Shown here: positions 19,916 to 29,612 of the stretch, piece after piece
Layout of the letters: the number at the start of each line of letters is the position of its first letter
Numbering within the stretch: the stretch's first letter is position 1
Assembly: GCA_038227875.1 (NCBI GenBank)
Contig: JBBRPR010000056.1
Coordinates: 1-55,275 of the forward strand
Origin: Planctomycetota bacterium
Lineage (GTDB): Bacteria > Planctomycetota > SZUA-567 > H5-PLA8
Direction of reading: 5' to 3'
Length of the DNA stretch: 55,275 nucleotides
The notes under the pieces: generated by a model
Seen by the model: the letters and a program-made list of their open reading frames with translations, nothing else
Told to the model about the DNA's origin: nothing
The model's database searches: none
Translations under genes and position numbers: made by a program

Positions 19916-21235
19916 CTACTTCTTGCGGTTCAGCGCCCGGGACGCGATGTCGCGGCGGAATTGCGCGCCATCGAAGCTGATCTGCTCAACGGCCTGGTAC
20001 GCGCGGCTGACGGCCAGCGGCAAGGTCGCGGCGCTGGCGGTAACGCCCAGCACCCGGCCGCCGCTGGTGAGGAACGGTCCGTCCTTGGCGCGCGACGTCG
20101 CAGCGTGGAACACCTGCACGCCTTCGGCGCCGTGAACCTGGCCGAAGGAATCCAGTCCGTTGATCGGCGTGCCGGTGACCGGTGTGCCGGGATAGTTTTT
20201 TGCGGCCATCACCACGCACGCGGTCGGTTCGTCGGAAATGTCGACGCTGGATTCGTCCAGCTTTCCGGCAAGCACCGATTCGATCGCGTCGACCAGGTCG
20301 GACTTGATGCGCGGGATGATGCACTGGCATTCGGGGTCGCCGAAGCGGACGTTGTACTCCAGCACCTTCGGCCCCGCTTCGGTGAGCATCACGCCGGCGT
20401 AGAGCACTCCCGTATAGGGGCGTTCTTCGCGGCGCAGCGCGTGGAGCGTGGGAACCAGGATTTCGCGGACGATGCGCGTTTCGACGTCGGGCGTCACGGC
20501 CGGCGCCGGGGAGTACGCGCCCATACCGCCGGTGTTCGGGCCGGTGTCGTTGTCGCCGATGCGTTTGTGATCCTGCGTGCTGGGCAGCACGACCAGCGTG
20601 GTGCCGTCGGTCAGTGCGAGCACGCTGGTCTCTTCGCCGCGGAGCGTTTCTTCGACGATGATCTTGCGGCCGGCTTCGCCGAACTCGCCGTCGATCATGC
20701 AACGCTTGACGGCATTGGCGGCTTCCTCGGGCGTCGTGGCCATGATCACGCCCTTGCCGGACGCGAGTCCGTCGGCCTTGATCACCAGCGGCCCGCCGTG
20801 TTCCTGAACGTACGTCATCGCGCGTTCGGAATCGGTGAAGACGTTGAACTCCGCCGTGGGGATGCCGTTCTTGCGCAGCAGCGATTTGGTGAAGATCTTC
20901 GACGCTTCCAGTTCCGCGCCGCGCTTATTGGGGCCGAAGGCCGGGATGCTCAGCTCGTGATCGATCTTGTCGACAATGCCGGCGCAGAGCGGGCCTTCGG
21001 GTCCGACGACGACCAGGTCCGGCCGTTCGCGCCGGGCGAAACGCAGGATGCCTTCGATGTCGTCGGCTTTCAGGTTGACGAGTTCCACCGGTTCGCCGCC
21101 GCCATTTTCGCAGCGGACCATGGCGATGCCGGCGTTGCCGGGAACGCAGTACAGCTTTTTCACGCGGGGGCTCTGCGCCAGCTTCCAGCACAATGCGTGT
21201 TCGCGGCCGCCTGAGCCAATGACCATTATCTTCAT
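19916..21235 (-). CDS. purD: phosphoribosylamine--glycine ligase
   Basis: IGSGGREHAL, VIKADGLASGKGV, QDHKR, GPNTGGMGAY, EYNVRFGDPE. Confidence 0.97.
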   Translation of the reverse strand: MKIMVIGSGGREHALCWKLAQSPRVKKLYCVPGNAGIAMVRCENGGGEPVELVNLKADDIEGILRFARRERPDLVVVGPEGPLCAGIVDKIDHELSIPAFGPNKRGAELEASKIFTKSLLRKNGIPTAEFNVFTDSERAMTYVQEHGGPLVIKADGLASGKGVIMATTPEEAANAVKRCMIDGEFGEAGRKIIVEETLRGEETSVLALTDGTTLVVLPSTQDHKRIGDNDTGPNTGGMGAYSPAPAVTPDVETRIVREILVPTLHALRREERPYTGVLYAGVMLTEAGPKVLEYNVRFGDPECQCIIPRIKSDLVDAIESVLAGKLDESSVDISDEPTACVVMAAKNYPGTPVTGTPINGLDSFGQVHGAEGVQVFHAATSRAKDGPFLTSGGRVLGVTASAATLPLAVSRAYQAVEQISFDGAQFRRDIASRALNRKK

Positions 21236-21406
21236 TTAGTTTGAATGCTTTCGGATGATCCAAAGTTACGCCAGCAGCCTGGTAACGAGCTGCAACCACA
21301 GGCGGGAGATTAAACGCGAGGCGGCAGCAATTCAAAACGCAAAATGGGGATTCATGGCTTGCTGGAAGGATCGAAGGCAGGGGTGCGTCCGCTAAGCCGC
21401 AAAGCG

Positions 21407-22252
21407 CTACTTCCAATTCACGTCCGGTTTGCGCGTAAACCGCGGCTCAACGGTTCCCGAATGACGCGGCGTGATCGGTGAGATCGTCTGCTTCGCGGCG
21501 TCCGGCCATCTCCCGTGCAGACCGTGATGGCTGTCGGTGAGCCAACGCTGCGTCGATTCGGCCAGGCCGCCAAAGAACGGATGAAACCAGATCGTGATCA
21601 CCGGGCGCCATGCGTCGGACGTGTTCGCATGCGTGGCGTGAAACAGTCGCGCGTCGCCGATCAGCAGATCTCCGGCCGTGACGGGCACATCGATCTCGCC
21701 GTCGAAATCTCCGAAGCGCGGATCGTCGGGCTGGTCCATGCGGTTGATGTAGCCGACGTGGGCTTCACCCATTTCATGCAGTGGATGCCGGCGGCGGTGC
21801 GTTCCCGGCAGCACACGCAGGCAACCGTTTTCGCGGCACGTGTCGACGAGGTAATACATCAGAAAAATCATCGGCGGCATCGACGAATAACTGCGCGGAT
21901 CGTGCCACATGATGCAGTCGTTGTGCCAATAGTTGCGCGGGCTGTGCGGCGGCTTGCTGATCAGATTCGCTTTCCAGAATTTGACGTCTTCGAGTCCCAT
22001 CGCCGAAAGCTCCTTCAAAGCGCCGGGATGCGCGAAGAGCTCCGCGAACTCCGGCATATCGATGGAGTCGATCATCGTGCCCGTCGCGCGCTGGTTGTTT
22101 AAATGCGTCTCGTCCAACGCGGCGACGCGCGCGCGGCTGAACTCCTGCAGGCGCGCTAGCAGCGCCGCGTCGAGCACGCGCGGGATCCGGCAGAAGCCGT
22201 CGCGCTGCAGCAGTTCCAGCCGTGTGGACGGTGCGTCGGTCAGAGTGGACAT
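21407..22252 (-). CDS. phytanoyl-CoA dioxygenase (PhyH) family Fe/2OG enzyme
   Basis: WHND (HxD), ENGCLRVLPGTH, LFHATHAN. GAGG RBS before ATG 22252. Confidence 0.85.
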   Translation of the reverse strand: MSTLTDAPSTRLELLQRDGFCRIPRVLDAALLARLQEFSRARVAALDETHLNNQRATGTMIDSIDMPEFAELFAHPGALKELSAMGLEDVKFWKANLISKPPHSPRNYWHNDCIMWHDPRSYSSMPPMIFLMYYLVDTCRENGCLRVLPGTHRRRHPLHEMGEAHVGYINRMDQPDDPRFGDFDGEIDVPVTAGDLLIGDARLFHATHANTSDAWRPVITIWFHPFFGGLAESTQRWLTDSHHGLHGRWPDAAKQTISPITPRHSGTVEPRFTRKPDVNWK

Positions 22253-22360
22253 TTTTCTGAACCTCGTTATGTCGATGAAGGACGGCTTGACCCATTCCTC
22301 ACAACCATACATAATTGTCCGCACGTGATCCATGTCTGCCTTTCTATTTGAGATATGTAA

Positions 22361-23281
22361 ATGTCTCGCCTCCCGCGCCTCGCGCCCGTCCCGCCTCCGC
22401 AGCACCCGGACTTTTTCGAGCTCGGTGAGTCCGGCGCAACGCTGGCGCGGCTGTGCCTCGAGACATTGTCCTTCGAATGCGATTGGGTCCTCGAGCGGCA
22501 GCGCTGGTCGCCGCACGGCACACACGGCTGGCGTTCATTGCCGTGGTTGCTGGTACTGGTGGCGATCAAGGGGCGCTACGAGTGCACGCTCGAACACGGC
22601 GTCAGTTTCACGACTGGACCGTACGAGGCGCTGGTGTTGCCCGCGGGCGTACCGCACTGCATCGACTTTCCCGTCCCCGGTGTGCTCGTTGCCGCGCATC
22701 TCAACTACCGCGTGCTGGGCGGCATTGACATCCTGCGGTTCTTTGAACTCCCGCACCACCTGCCACGCCGATGCGGCAGGCCGATCGCCGAACTGCTCGA
22801 CCGGATCGCGCGCAACCGCCAAACACGCCAGTACGGCATCGTCTCGGCCGTCATGGAAAAATCGCTCGGTTTCGAACTCCTCGCACTGCTGCTGAAGCAG
22901 GCCGCTTCACGCACCGCCGACATCGCCCGCTTGATGCGCCTGCAGCGCCTGTCCGGCGTGCTCGAACTGATCCACGAACGCATCGGGGAACCGCTGGCGA
23001 TCACGGAGCTCTGTCGTCAGGCGAAACTTTCGCGGCAACGCTTCTACGCCGTCTTCAAGGAAGCCACCGGTTTTTCGCCGAAGGAGTACGTAAGCCGCGC
23101 GAAGATTCAGAAAGCCAAGCAGCTCCTGATTTCCAAGGTCCTCACCGTCGCCAACGTTTCCGATCAGCTCGGCTACTGCAATCCCTATCATTTCAGCCGC
23201 CAGTTCAAGAAGCTTGCGGGAGTAAGTCCTTCGGTCTATCGGCAGCAGGTCTTTGAATATGGTTCTTTGAGTGTGAAATGA
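22361..23281 (+). CDS. AraC-family transcriptional regulator
   Basis: C-terminal FKEATGFSP...LGYCNPYHFSRQFKKLAGVSP. Confidence 0.9.
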   Translation: MSRLPRLAPVPPPQHPDFFELGESGATLARLCLETLSFECDWVLERQRWSPHGTHGWRSLPWLLVLVAIKGRYECTLEHGVSFTTGPYEALVLPAGVPHCIDFPVPGVLVAAHLNYRVLGGIDILRFFELPHHLPRRCGRPIAELLDRIARNRQTRQYGIVSAVMEKSLGFELLALLLKQAASRTADIARLMRLQRLSGVLELIHERIGEPLAITELCRQAKLSRQRFYAVFKEATGFSPKEYVSRAKIQKAKQLLISKVLTVANVSDQLGYCNPYHFSRQFKKLAGVSPSVYRQQVFEYGSLSVK

Positions 23282-23317
23282 AGTGGGCACGGATAATGCT
23301 CGTACGAACCAGCTTGC

Positions 23318-24253
23318 CTACTGTCTCTTTCGGAATTTCAGCGGCGACTTTCCCACAGCGCGCGTGAACATGCGCGAAAAATGCGCGCTGTCGTAGAAGC
23401 CCGTCTCCAGCGCGATCTCGGTGATGCTTTTGTCGCTGGCGATCAACTGGCGTTGCGCGGCCTGGATGCGGACGCGGTTGACGTATTCCAGTGGCGTCAG
23501 CCGCGTCGCGGCGCGGAAGAGACGGCCGAAGTAGCTGGGTTCCATGTGCGCCAGTTTCGCCAGGCGTTGCAGCGAAAGCTTCTCGCCGTAGTGCGCTTCC
23601 ACGTGAGCTAGCACCGACGCGATCGCCGCCGTCTGCGCATGGATCGCGCCGCCGTTCTCGCCACACGCATGCTGGTCGACGTAATTGCGGCAGAGCAGCG
23701 CGATGAGGTAGAGCGCCAGCGATTCGATGCCCAGCACGCCAAAGTGCTCGAATTCGGCAACGTGATGTTGAATCGCCGTGAGCTGCGCAGCGATCGCGGC
23801 ACGCTTGGAAGGGCTCAAGCTCAGGCCGTAACGGAATTCCGTTTCGACGCGGAAGTAGGGTTCAACGGTGAAGAGCAGCAGAAAGCCGGGCAGCAGGAAA
23901 AGCTTGGCGGCGTTGCGGTCGATGAAACGGTCGTTGAATAGCAGATGCCAGACTTTCAGATCTCCGTCGCGGCTGTAGGCGTGCTGAACGTACGGCGGAA
24001 TGACGAACACGTCGCCGGCCTTCACCGGAAAGGCGTGATCGAGAATGAAATGATGTCCACGCCCGCCGACGACGAGATTCAATTCGGTGAAGGCGTGCGA
24101 GTGGCGTGGGATTTCATAATTGTCGTAGAGCACCGCGTGCACGCCGAGTTCCTGCGAGCGGAAAATGCGGTTGTCGCAGAAGAACGTCTCGCCCGGCGGA
24201 TATGGCGGCAGGGTAGACGTGGCCGTCTGCGGCTGAAGTGCGCTGCGTTTCAT
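23318..24253 (-). CDS. AraC-family regulator with cupin sensor (RhaR/RhaS-like)
   Basis: HSHAFTELNLVVGGRGHH cupin and ETGFYDSAHFSRMF HTH. Confidence 0.9.
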   Translation of the reverse strand: MKRSALQPQTATSTLPPYPPGETFFCDNRIFRSQELGVHAVLYDNYEIPRHSHAFTELNLVVGGRGHHFILDHAFPVKAGDVFVIPPYVQHAYSRDGDLKVWHLLFNDRFIDRNAAKLFLLPGFLLLFTVEPYFRVETEFRYGLSLSPSKRAAIAAQLTAIQHHVAEFEHFGVLGIESLALYLIALLCRNYVDQHACGENGGAIHAQTAAIASVLAHVEAHYGEKLSLQRLAKLAHMEPSYFGRLFRAATRLTPLEYVNRVRIQAAQRQLIASDKSITEIALETGFYDSAHFSRMFTRAVGKSPLKFRKRQ

Positions 24254-24382
24254 AAAGTCGTTTCTATACAAAAAGAGCGCCGGTTGCGTACAAGCCTGTC
24301 ACGCCATCGAACGGCTATCTTACCCGCATGTTCGCAGCCGGCGCAATCGGCGCCTGCACTTTTCTCACTGGAGATTTTTAAG

Positions 24383-25135
24383 ATGCCATCGCCCAAACCC
24401 ACGTTGCTCGAAAAACAGCTCCACGATTTCGAAACTCACGGCTTCGTACTCATCCCCGGCGCGTTGTCGAAAGCCGAGACGGAAGCCTGCCGCCAGGCGC
24501 TCAACCAGGCTCGCGCCAACGGCTGGGAAGAAGGGCTGAATCACGTCGGCAACATGTGGTTCGATTGCCTGATCGATCGCATGCCGGAAGTCTTCGCGCC
24601 GCTGATCGGCCACCCCAGCGTCCAGCCGCTGCTCGACGCGCTGTACGGTCCGCAGTGCCAGTTGCGCTCGCTGCGCGGTCACATCAATCCCGGCCCGTAC
24701 AAGCAGGAATGGCATCTCGATTTCTATGGCTACTGGAAGCAACAGAATCACGCCCGCTGCGCCGCCAAAGCGATCGGCATCAACACGACGTTTTATTTTC
24801 AGGACAACGGCCCGGGCATCGCGAATCTGACGTACGTGAAAGGCGGCCACCGCATACAGCCACCCGACGACGTGGTGACGGAGAAGGGCTGGTCGAAATC
24901 CGAAGATGCATTCAACGCGTGGGCCAACAGTCTGGAGCACGTCACGATCTACCCGAAGGCCGGCGACGCCGTGGTCTTCTACAGCCACATCCCGCATCGC
25001 GGCGAAAAGGAGATCGCGACGATCGAACGCTCAAACATCGTCTGCCACTATCAAAACAATCCGTTCTACGAAGGCATCGCGCACGTCAGCTCACCGCGGC
25101 AGAATTTGACGTTCCCGCTACTTGAAAAAGTCTGA
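24383..25135 (+). CDS. phytanoyl-CoA dioxygenase (PhyH) family protein
   Basis: GGAG RBS, FETHGFVLIPGAL, WHLD (HxD), GDAVVF...PHRG. Confidence 0.85.
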   Translation: MPSPKPTLLEKQLHDFETHGFVLIPGALSKAETEACRQALNQARANGWEEGLNHVGNMWFDCLIDRMPEVFAPLIGHPSVQPLLDALYGPQCQLRSLRGHINPGPYKQEWHLDFYGYWKQQNHARCAAKAIGINTTFYFQDNGPGIANLTYVKGGHRIQPPDDVVTEKGWSKSEDAFNAWANSLEHVTIYPKAGDAVVFYSHIPHRGEKEIATIERSNIVCHYQNNPFYEGIAHVSSPRQNLTFPLLEKV

Positions 25136-25145
25136 ATTGCTAACG

Positions 25146-25360
25146 CAGATGGGATCGGGGGTCGGGCATCGGGCATCGGGCATCGGGCATCGGGCATCGG
25201 CCGTTGGGGAGGCGTGCAGCGGAATTTATAATCTCCGGCACACTGCCGATTATTTTAAAGGATGAAAAAAAGTGTGCTGCCAACTCGCGGCGGGATTTGG
25301 TCCTTCCATCCGAGCACACCGATTAACTGATGCCTGATGCCCGATCCCCGATCCCATCTG
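25146..25360. repeat. element with inverted heptamer (TCGGGCA)n arms around a unique spacer
   Basis: CAGATGGGATCGGGGG followed by five TCGGGCA units (25146-25200). 25327-25360 is the near-perfect reverse complement of the first 34 nt. Confidence 0.85.
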
Positions 25361-25365
25361 TTCTC

Positions 25366-25569
25366 CTACCCTCCCGCGTTCATCACCTTCATCTCCAGCA
25401 ATCGAAACGCGTGCTCCTGCAGATCGCCAAGGACCTTGGCGTTCCAGTTTCGTGACGATTCGGCGGTGACTTCGCAGCCGCTGGCCCAGTGCTTCAACGT
25501 GACCGCGACGGACTGGCTGCCGCGCGAAAAGATGACTTCGACTTCTTCAGGATCAAGTTGGGGAAGCAT
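25366..25569 (-). CDS. small protein resembling release-factor domain 3 but lacking GGQ
   Basis: Strong AGAAGGAG RBS and GC3-rich codons. LDPEEVEVIFSRGS...AVTLKHWASGCEV...SR...AFRLL pattern. Confidence 0.65.
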   Translation of the reverse strand: MLPQLDPEEVEVIFSRGSQSVAVTLKHWASGCEVTAESSRNWNAKVLGDLQEHAFRLLEMKVMNAGG

Positions 25570-25883
25570 GGTAAACTCCTTCTAAATTGCGTGACTCAAT
25601 ATATCTGGCAATCGGCTTGCCGCGGCACACCTCGCGCGATGAAGTTTCTCACAGGCTCGATTGACGGCGGTCGATCGTGTTGAATTGTGTCGCAGGTAGA
25701 TGAATTCTTCCGAATAACCGAGTAAAAGCCAGCGTCACGAATTCCGTGCAGCAAAGTCAACCGATACGGCTCTACTGCTGCATTGAATTGAAGGGCCCTA
25801 GATCCGCCCTTGAAACGCCCTCCAGCGCCCAATGTGGGAATGGTTGGCGGAATAGTCCACAGAGCTGTGAGGAGGAACTCCAC

Positions 25884-26315
25884 ATGTTGTCTCGCAAACT
25901 TGTACTTTCACTGACGATGGCGGCGGCCTGCCTGGCCGGCAGCGTTGCAACGGCCCACGCGGGCGACGATAATCCGCCCCCGCCGAATGGCGCGAAGCAT
26001 CGCGGCGGCGGCGGCAAAGGTATCAAGAACATTCTCGCACACGCGGCCGACCTGAACCTGACCGACGACCAGAAGAAGCAGTTGGAAGCCCTGGCCGATG
26101 CCGCCAAAGACGGCACCGCCAAGCCTGAAGACATGAAGTCCAAGGTCGAAGCGATCCTGACCAAGGACCAGCTCGAGAAGCTCAAGACGCTGAACCCCAA
26201 GCACGGCGATAAGAAGGAAGGCGGCGACGACAAGAAGGAAGGTGCCGACAAGAAGGAAGGCGCCGAAAAGAAAGACGCCCCGCCCGCCCCCGCACCGGGC
26301 GACGACAAGAAGTAA
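25884..26315 (+). CDS. secreted Spy/CpxP-like (LTxxQ) protein with low-complexity KKEG tail
   Basis: GAGGAGG RBS, signal peptide, LNLTDDQK and ILTKDQL motifs. Confidence 0.7.
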   Translation: MLSRKLVLSLTMAAACLAGSVATAHAGDDNPPPPNGAKHRGGGGKGIKNILAHAADLNLTDDQKKQLEALADAAKDGTAKPEDMKSKVEAILTKDQLEKLKTLNPKHGDKKEGGDDKKEGADKKEGAEKKDAPPAPAPGDDKK

Positions 26316-26336
26316 GCAACTTGCAGTGAAGATGTA

Positions 26337-26366
26337 AAAACTGGAGCGGCATTGCCGCTCCAGTTT
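26337..26366. terminator. bidirectional intrinsic terminator
   Basis: AAAACTGGAGCGGC-ATT-GCCGCTCCAGTTTT between convergent genes. Confidence 0.85.
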
Positions 26367-26422
26367 TGTTTGGTCTCGCGTGTCTTGAAGCCACCGAACG
26401 AAGCAGCCTTGACTCCGTGGGG

Positions 26423-28024
26423 TTAGCTCACAAACACTTTCGCCTGCCCCTCAATCCGCACCTTCACCGCCAATCCGTACGCGCCGCCGAACTGCGTGAC
26501 GCGGAAGAGGATTTCGTTTTTGCCCTGCACCAGCGGCACGGCGACTTCATCGTCGCCGAGGCGCATCGGGCGGCGGACGTCGCGGGCGAGCACGTTTTTG
26601 CCGTTTACGAAAACAGTCAGGCCGTCGTCGCTGCCGAGAATCAAGCGCGCGCTGCAAGCGGATTCGGCGTTGAGTTTCACGCGACCGTACGAGACGCAAT
26701 TCACGGCGTTGTTGAAGTGGCGCGAAAGATCGACGGCAAACTGATTCACCGGCGCCGGCGTCCACGTCACGGCATCGGGGGTGAGCTCCGGCGGAAACTT
26801 CTTTTCGAATTCTTCGGCCTTGTACGGGTACGCGGGAGAAAATTCGATCTGCGGCAACGGCAGCGTGCGGGAACGTTCCAGACGCACGTGATACCGCCGC
26901 GGCTGCGCGATTTTGGCGAGCGTGGCGCTCAGGTCGCGCACGAATTCATTCGTCGCTGCGTGGAGTTTCTCGAACGACGGCGTGGCGACCACGTGTGGCT
27001 GCGTTTCGAATCCCATCTGCCGCCACGCATGGAAGTGACGCTGCCAGCGCATCTGAGCGATGTTCCAGACCTGGCGGCCCTGCTCGGTCCACGGCGCGTC
27101 CTCAAGCTTCGCCAGATCGATCCCAGCCGAAAGATCCTGCGGCGTCACCACCGCGGCTTCCTTGCCGTCGATGATCAGGCCGCACGCGTACTGCTCCCAG
27201 CCCTGTACGGTGAGAGTGAAACGGTTGAGTTCCTGCTGTAGCGGCACGAAGTCCATTCCGCGGCGCGCTTCGGGCGGAACAAAGAGCGGAATGAAGGGCA
27301 GGTCGAGGTCGAATTCGACGCCCGTGTCCGAGGTCTTGAAATTCGAGACGGTTACGCCCTCGGCTGCTGTTAGTTTTCCATCCTTGATGGAAATCGTGCC
27401 GACCTGTTTCGGCGCATCGATCTGGCGCATCGCGTAGTATGCCATCACCAGATGTCCGACGGGATCGGGGTGCACCGAATCGGGGATCATGGTAAAGCCA
27501 GGGTGTTTGGCTTTGACCTGCTTCTGGACTTCGCGCATGGGATGAAAGATGTCAGCGACGGGAATGTTGCGTTCCTCGCCGAGCTTCACCACGCCGTCGG
27601 CCTGCTTCGCCAGCGATTCGTTGTACAGGTCGCGGTCCTCGCGCTTTTCGTAGTCGATCGGGCAGGTCGTCAGCAGCACTTCGCGCGCGCCGGCGGCCTT
27701 GATCGTATCGGCCAGCGCCTTTTGACCGTTCATGTAGCGCGCGTAGATTTCCGGATTGAACGCGCAGTACGAGCCGTCGTTCATGCCGAAATTCACAAAG
27801 ACCAGCGACGGCCTGACCGGCGCAACGTCGCGGGCGTAGCGGCCATTGCCGCCCGGCGCGGTATCGCCGCCCCAGCCGAAATTGTAGATCGTCAATTTCT
27901 TCTTCGGAAAGCGGGTGATCAGAAAGGTCTCGATGAACGCCGCGTACAAATTCTGCTCGGTGATGCTGTCGCCGTAGAGCACGACGGTTTCGGTGTCGTT
28001 GATTTTGATGGGCAGGGCGGACAT
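26423..28024 (-). CDS. SGNH/GDSL hydrolase with C-terminal beta-sandwich module
   Basis: GDSIT, GWGGDT, FGMND, DSVHP. C-terminal GSDDGLTVFVNG domain. Confidence 0.9.
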   Translation of the reverse strand: MSALPIKINDTETVVLYGDSITEQNLYAAFIETFLITRFPKKKLTIYNFGWGGDTAPGGNGRYARDVAPVRPSLVFVNFGMNDGSYCAFNPEIYARYMNGQKALADTIKAAGAREVLLTTCPIDYEKREDRDLYNESLAKQADGVVKLGEERNIPVADIFHPMREVQKQVKAKHPGFTMIPDSVHPDPVGHLVMAYYAMRQIDAPKQVGTISIKDGKLTAAEGVTVSNFKTSDTGVEFDLDLPFIPLFVPPEARRGMDFVPLQQELNRFTLTVQGWEQYACGLIIDGKEAAVVTPQDLSAGIDLAKLEDAPWTEQGRQVWNIAQMRWQRHFHAWRQMGFETQPHVVATPSFEKLHAATNEFVRDLSATLAKIAQPRRYHVRLERSRTLPLPQIEFSPAYPYKAEEFEKKFPPELTPDAVTWTPAPVNQFAVDLSRHFNNAVNCVSYGRVKLNAESACSARLILGSDDGLTVFVNGKNVLARDVRRPMRLGDDEVAVPLVQGKNEILFRVTQFGGAYGLAVKVRIEGQAKVFVS

Positions 28025-28246
28025 GTGGTTTTTGCTCCTTTAAGTTGTGAAGCGCTGATTATCAGGAGCAATGTCAGGAATGAAAGTGGAGCCGTGAAGG
28101 TGTTCCAGTATTGGATAACTGGCCACAATCTCCCTGGTGTTGCTCCTTGGCACAGAGCCATCGGCAAGCGTCGTTAAACGAAAAATGACCGATGACCCAT
28201 TCCCAATGACCGATGACTCTGTTCCATTTCGTGCTAAGCTTTCGGT

Positions 28247-28591
28247 GTGGACGAACAGGACATGCGGCAGATCCTGACAGCGATTCAGGAGGCCGAAATC
28301 ATCTGGGCGGAAGTGCGGGGCGGAAAGCTCGACGGCAAGTTCGTGCCGCTCTGGCTGAGCGACGCCGTCGCAGTGCAGCTCCACGAAGCCGGTAGTGTCG
28401 GCGCCGTGCTGGCTGCGCGGGCGTACGTCTTTCGCGTTGACGAAGCCGCGATCGCGGAGATCATGCGCCAGAATGTGATTCGCGTGAAAGGCGTCTCCGC
28501 CGCCTGGCCTGCGGGCGTGGAAGTCGAACGCGGCTACGCCGGCGGTTACGTCGCGCGGCGCACCGAGCCATCCCGGTGGCAGTCGGACTAA
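28247..28591 (+). CDS. hypothetical protein
   Basis: GC3-rich 114-aa ORF filling the gap, with its stop overlapping the convergent gene. The start may be ATG 28262. Confidence 0.5.
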   Translation: MDEQDMRQILTAIQEAEIIWAEVRGGKLDGKFVPLWLSDAVAVQLHEAGSVGAVLAARAYVFRVDEAAIAEIMRQNVIRVKGVSAAWPAGVEVERGYAGGYVARRTEPSRWQSD

Positions 28592-29612
28592 AGCGGGGAG
28601 AGCTCGACCTGAATTTTCGTCACGGCCGCGGGATTTGAAACCCAATCCTTCAGCGCCTGATCGGCCGCAGCGAATGGATACGTGTGCGTGATTGCAATTT
28701 TCGCGGCATCGGGTTTGGTCTGCAGATACGCAATGACTTCCGCGAAATCCGCTGGCGTGGCGTTGCGCGAGCCGCGGATATCGAGTTCCTTCTGCACAAA
28801 ATATTTGGTGGTCATGGCCACGTCTTCCTTGGCGTAGCCGATACAGACCACCCGTCCCGTAAACGCCACGACCTCGATTGCCAGCCGGTACGTCACGGGG
28901 CTGCCGACAGCTTCCACGACCACATCCGGTCCGTGGCCGCCGGTCAAGTCTTGTAACGCAGCCTTCCATTTATCGCCCGCGGTGTTGAGCACGCATTGCG
29001 CTCCAAACGACGCCGCGCGTGCGAGTTTCGCGTCGTCTATATCCGCAGCAATCACGCGCGCGCCGCGCCTTGCTGCGCCGGCGACGCAACCCAGGCCGAT
29101 CATGCCGCAGCCGATTACCAGTACCGTATCCGTTTTCTCCACCCCGCCGCGATCGACGGCGTGAAATCCGACGGTCATCGGTTCGATCAACGCCAGCTCG
29201 CGTAGAGTCAGCCCCGCGGGCGCGAGCACCTTCTGCCATGGCACGGCGAGCAACTCCGTCAGCGCGCCGTCGCGCTGCACGCCCAGCGTCTGATTGTTCT
29301 GGCAGGCGTTGAAACGGCCGCGCTTACAAGACGCACAGGCGCCGCAATTCGTGTATGGAATCACAGAGACCAGTCGGCCCGGATTCAACTCGGCGGGCAC
29401 GTCGCTACCCACCGCCACAATGGTGCCGCCGAGTTCGTGGCCGGAATCCGCGGATAGGAGACAAGCGGATTCAGACCACGGTACGTCGACAGATCCGATC
29501 CGCACAGGCCAATCGTGCGCACCTGAATCAACACATCGCCGTTGGAACAAATGGGATCGGCGACGCTGACCAGTGCACCGCGTTCCTTTTCGACGATCTG
29601 AAACGCTTTCAT
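28588..29612 (-). pseudogene. Zn-dependent alcohol/sugar-acid dehydrogenase with a 1-nt frameshift
   Basis: GLCGSD...YPRIP is in one frame and GHELGG...CGACASC...GCGMIG in the next. One G is missing at about 29441. Confidence 0.85.

Noticed and set aside
21240..21405. Possible purine/ZTP riboswitch upstream of purD
   Set aside because: I could not find the conserved riboswitch motifs on the minus strand.
22253..24382. N-terminal extensions of the PhyH ORFs (starts at 22525 and 23945)
   Set aside because: They overlap the AraC genes, and better RBS-supported starts exist at 22252 and 24383.
25146..25360. CRISPR array (also considered for 7665-7887 and 19804-19906)
   Set aside because: The repeats are inverted or short tandems, not direct repeats with regular spacers, and there are no cas genes.
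26205..26280. GACAAGAAGGAAGG tandem repeats
   Set aside because: Explained by the low-complexity DKKEG tail of the coding sequence.
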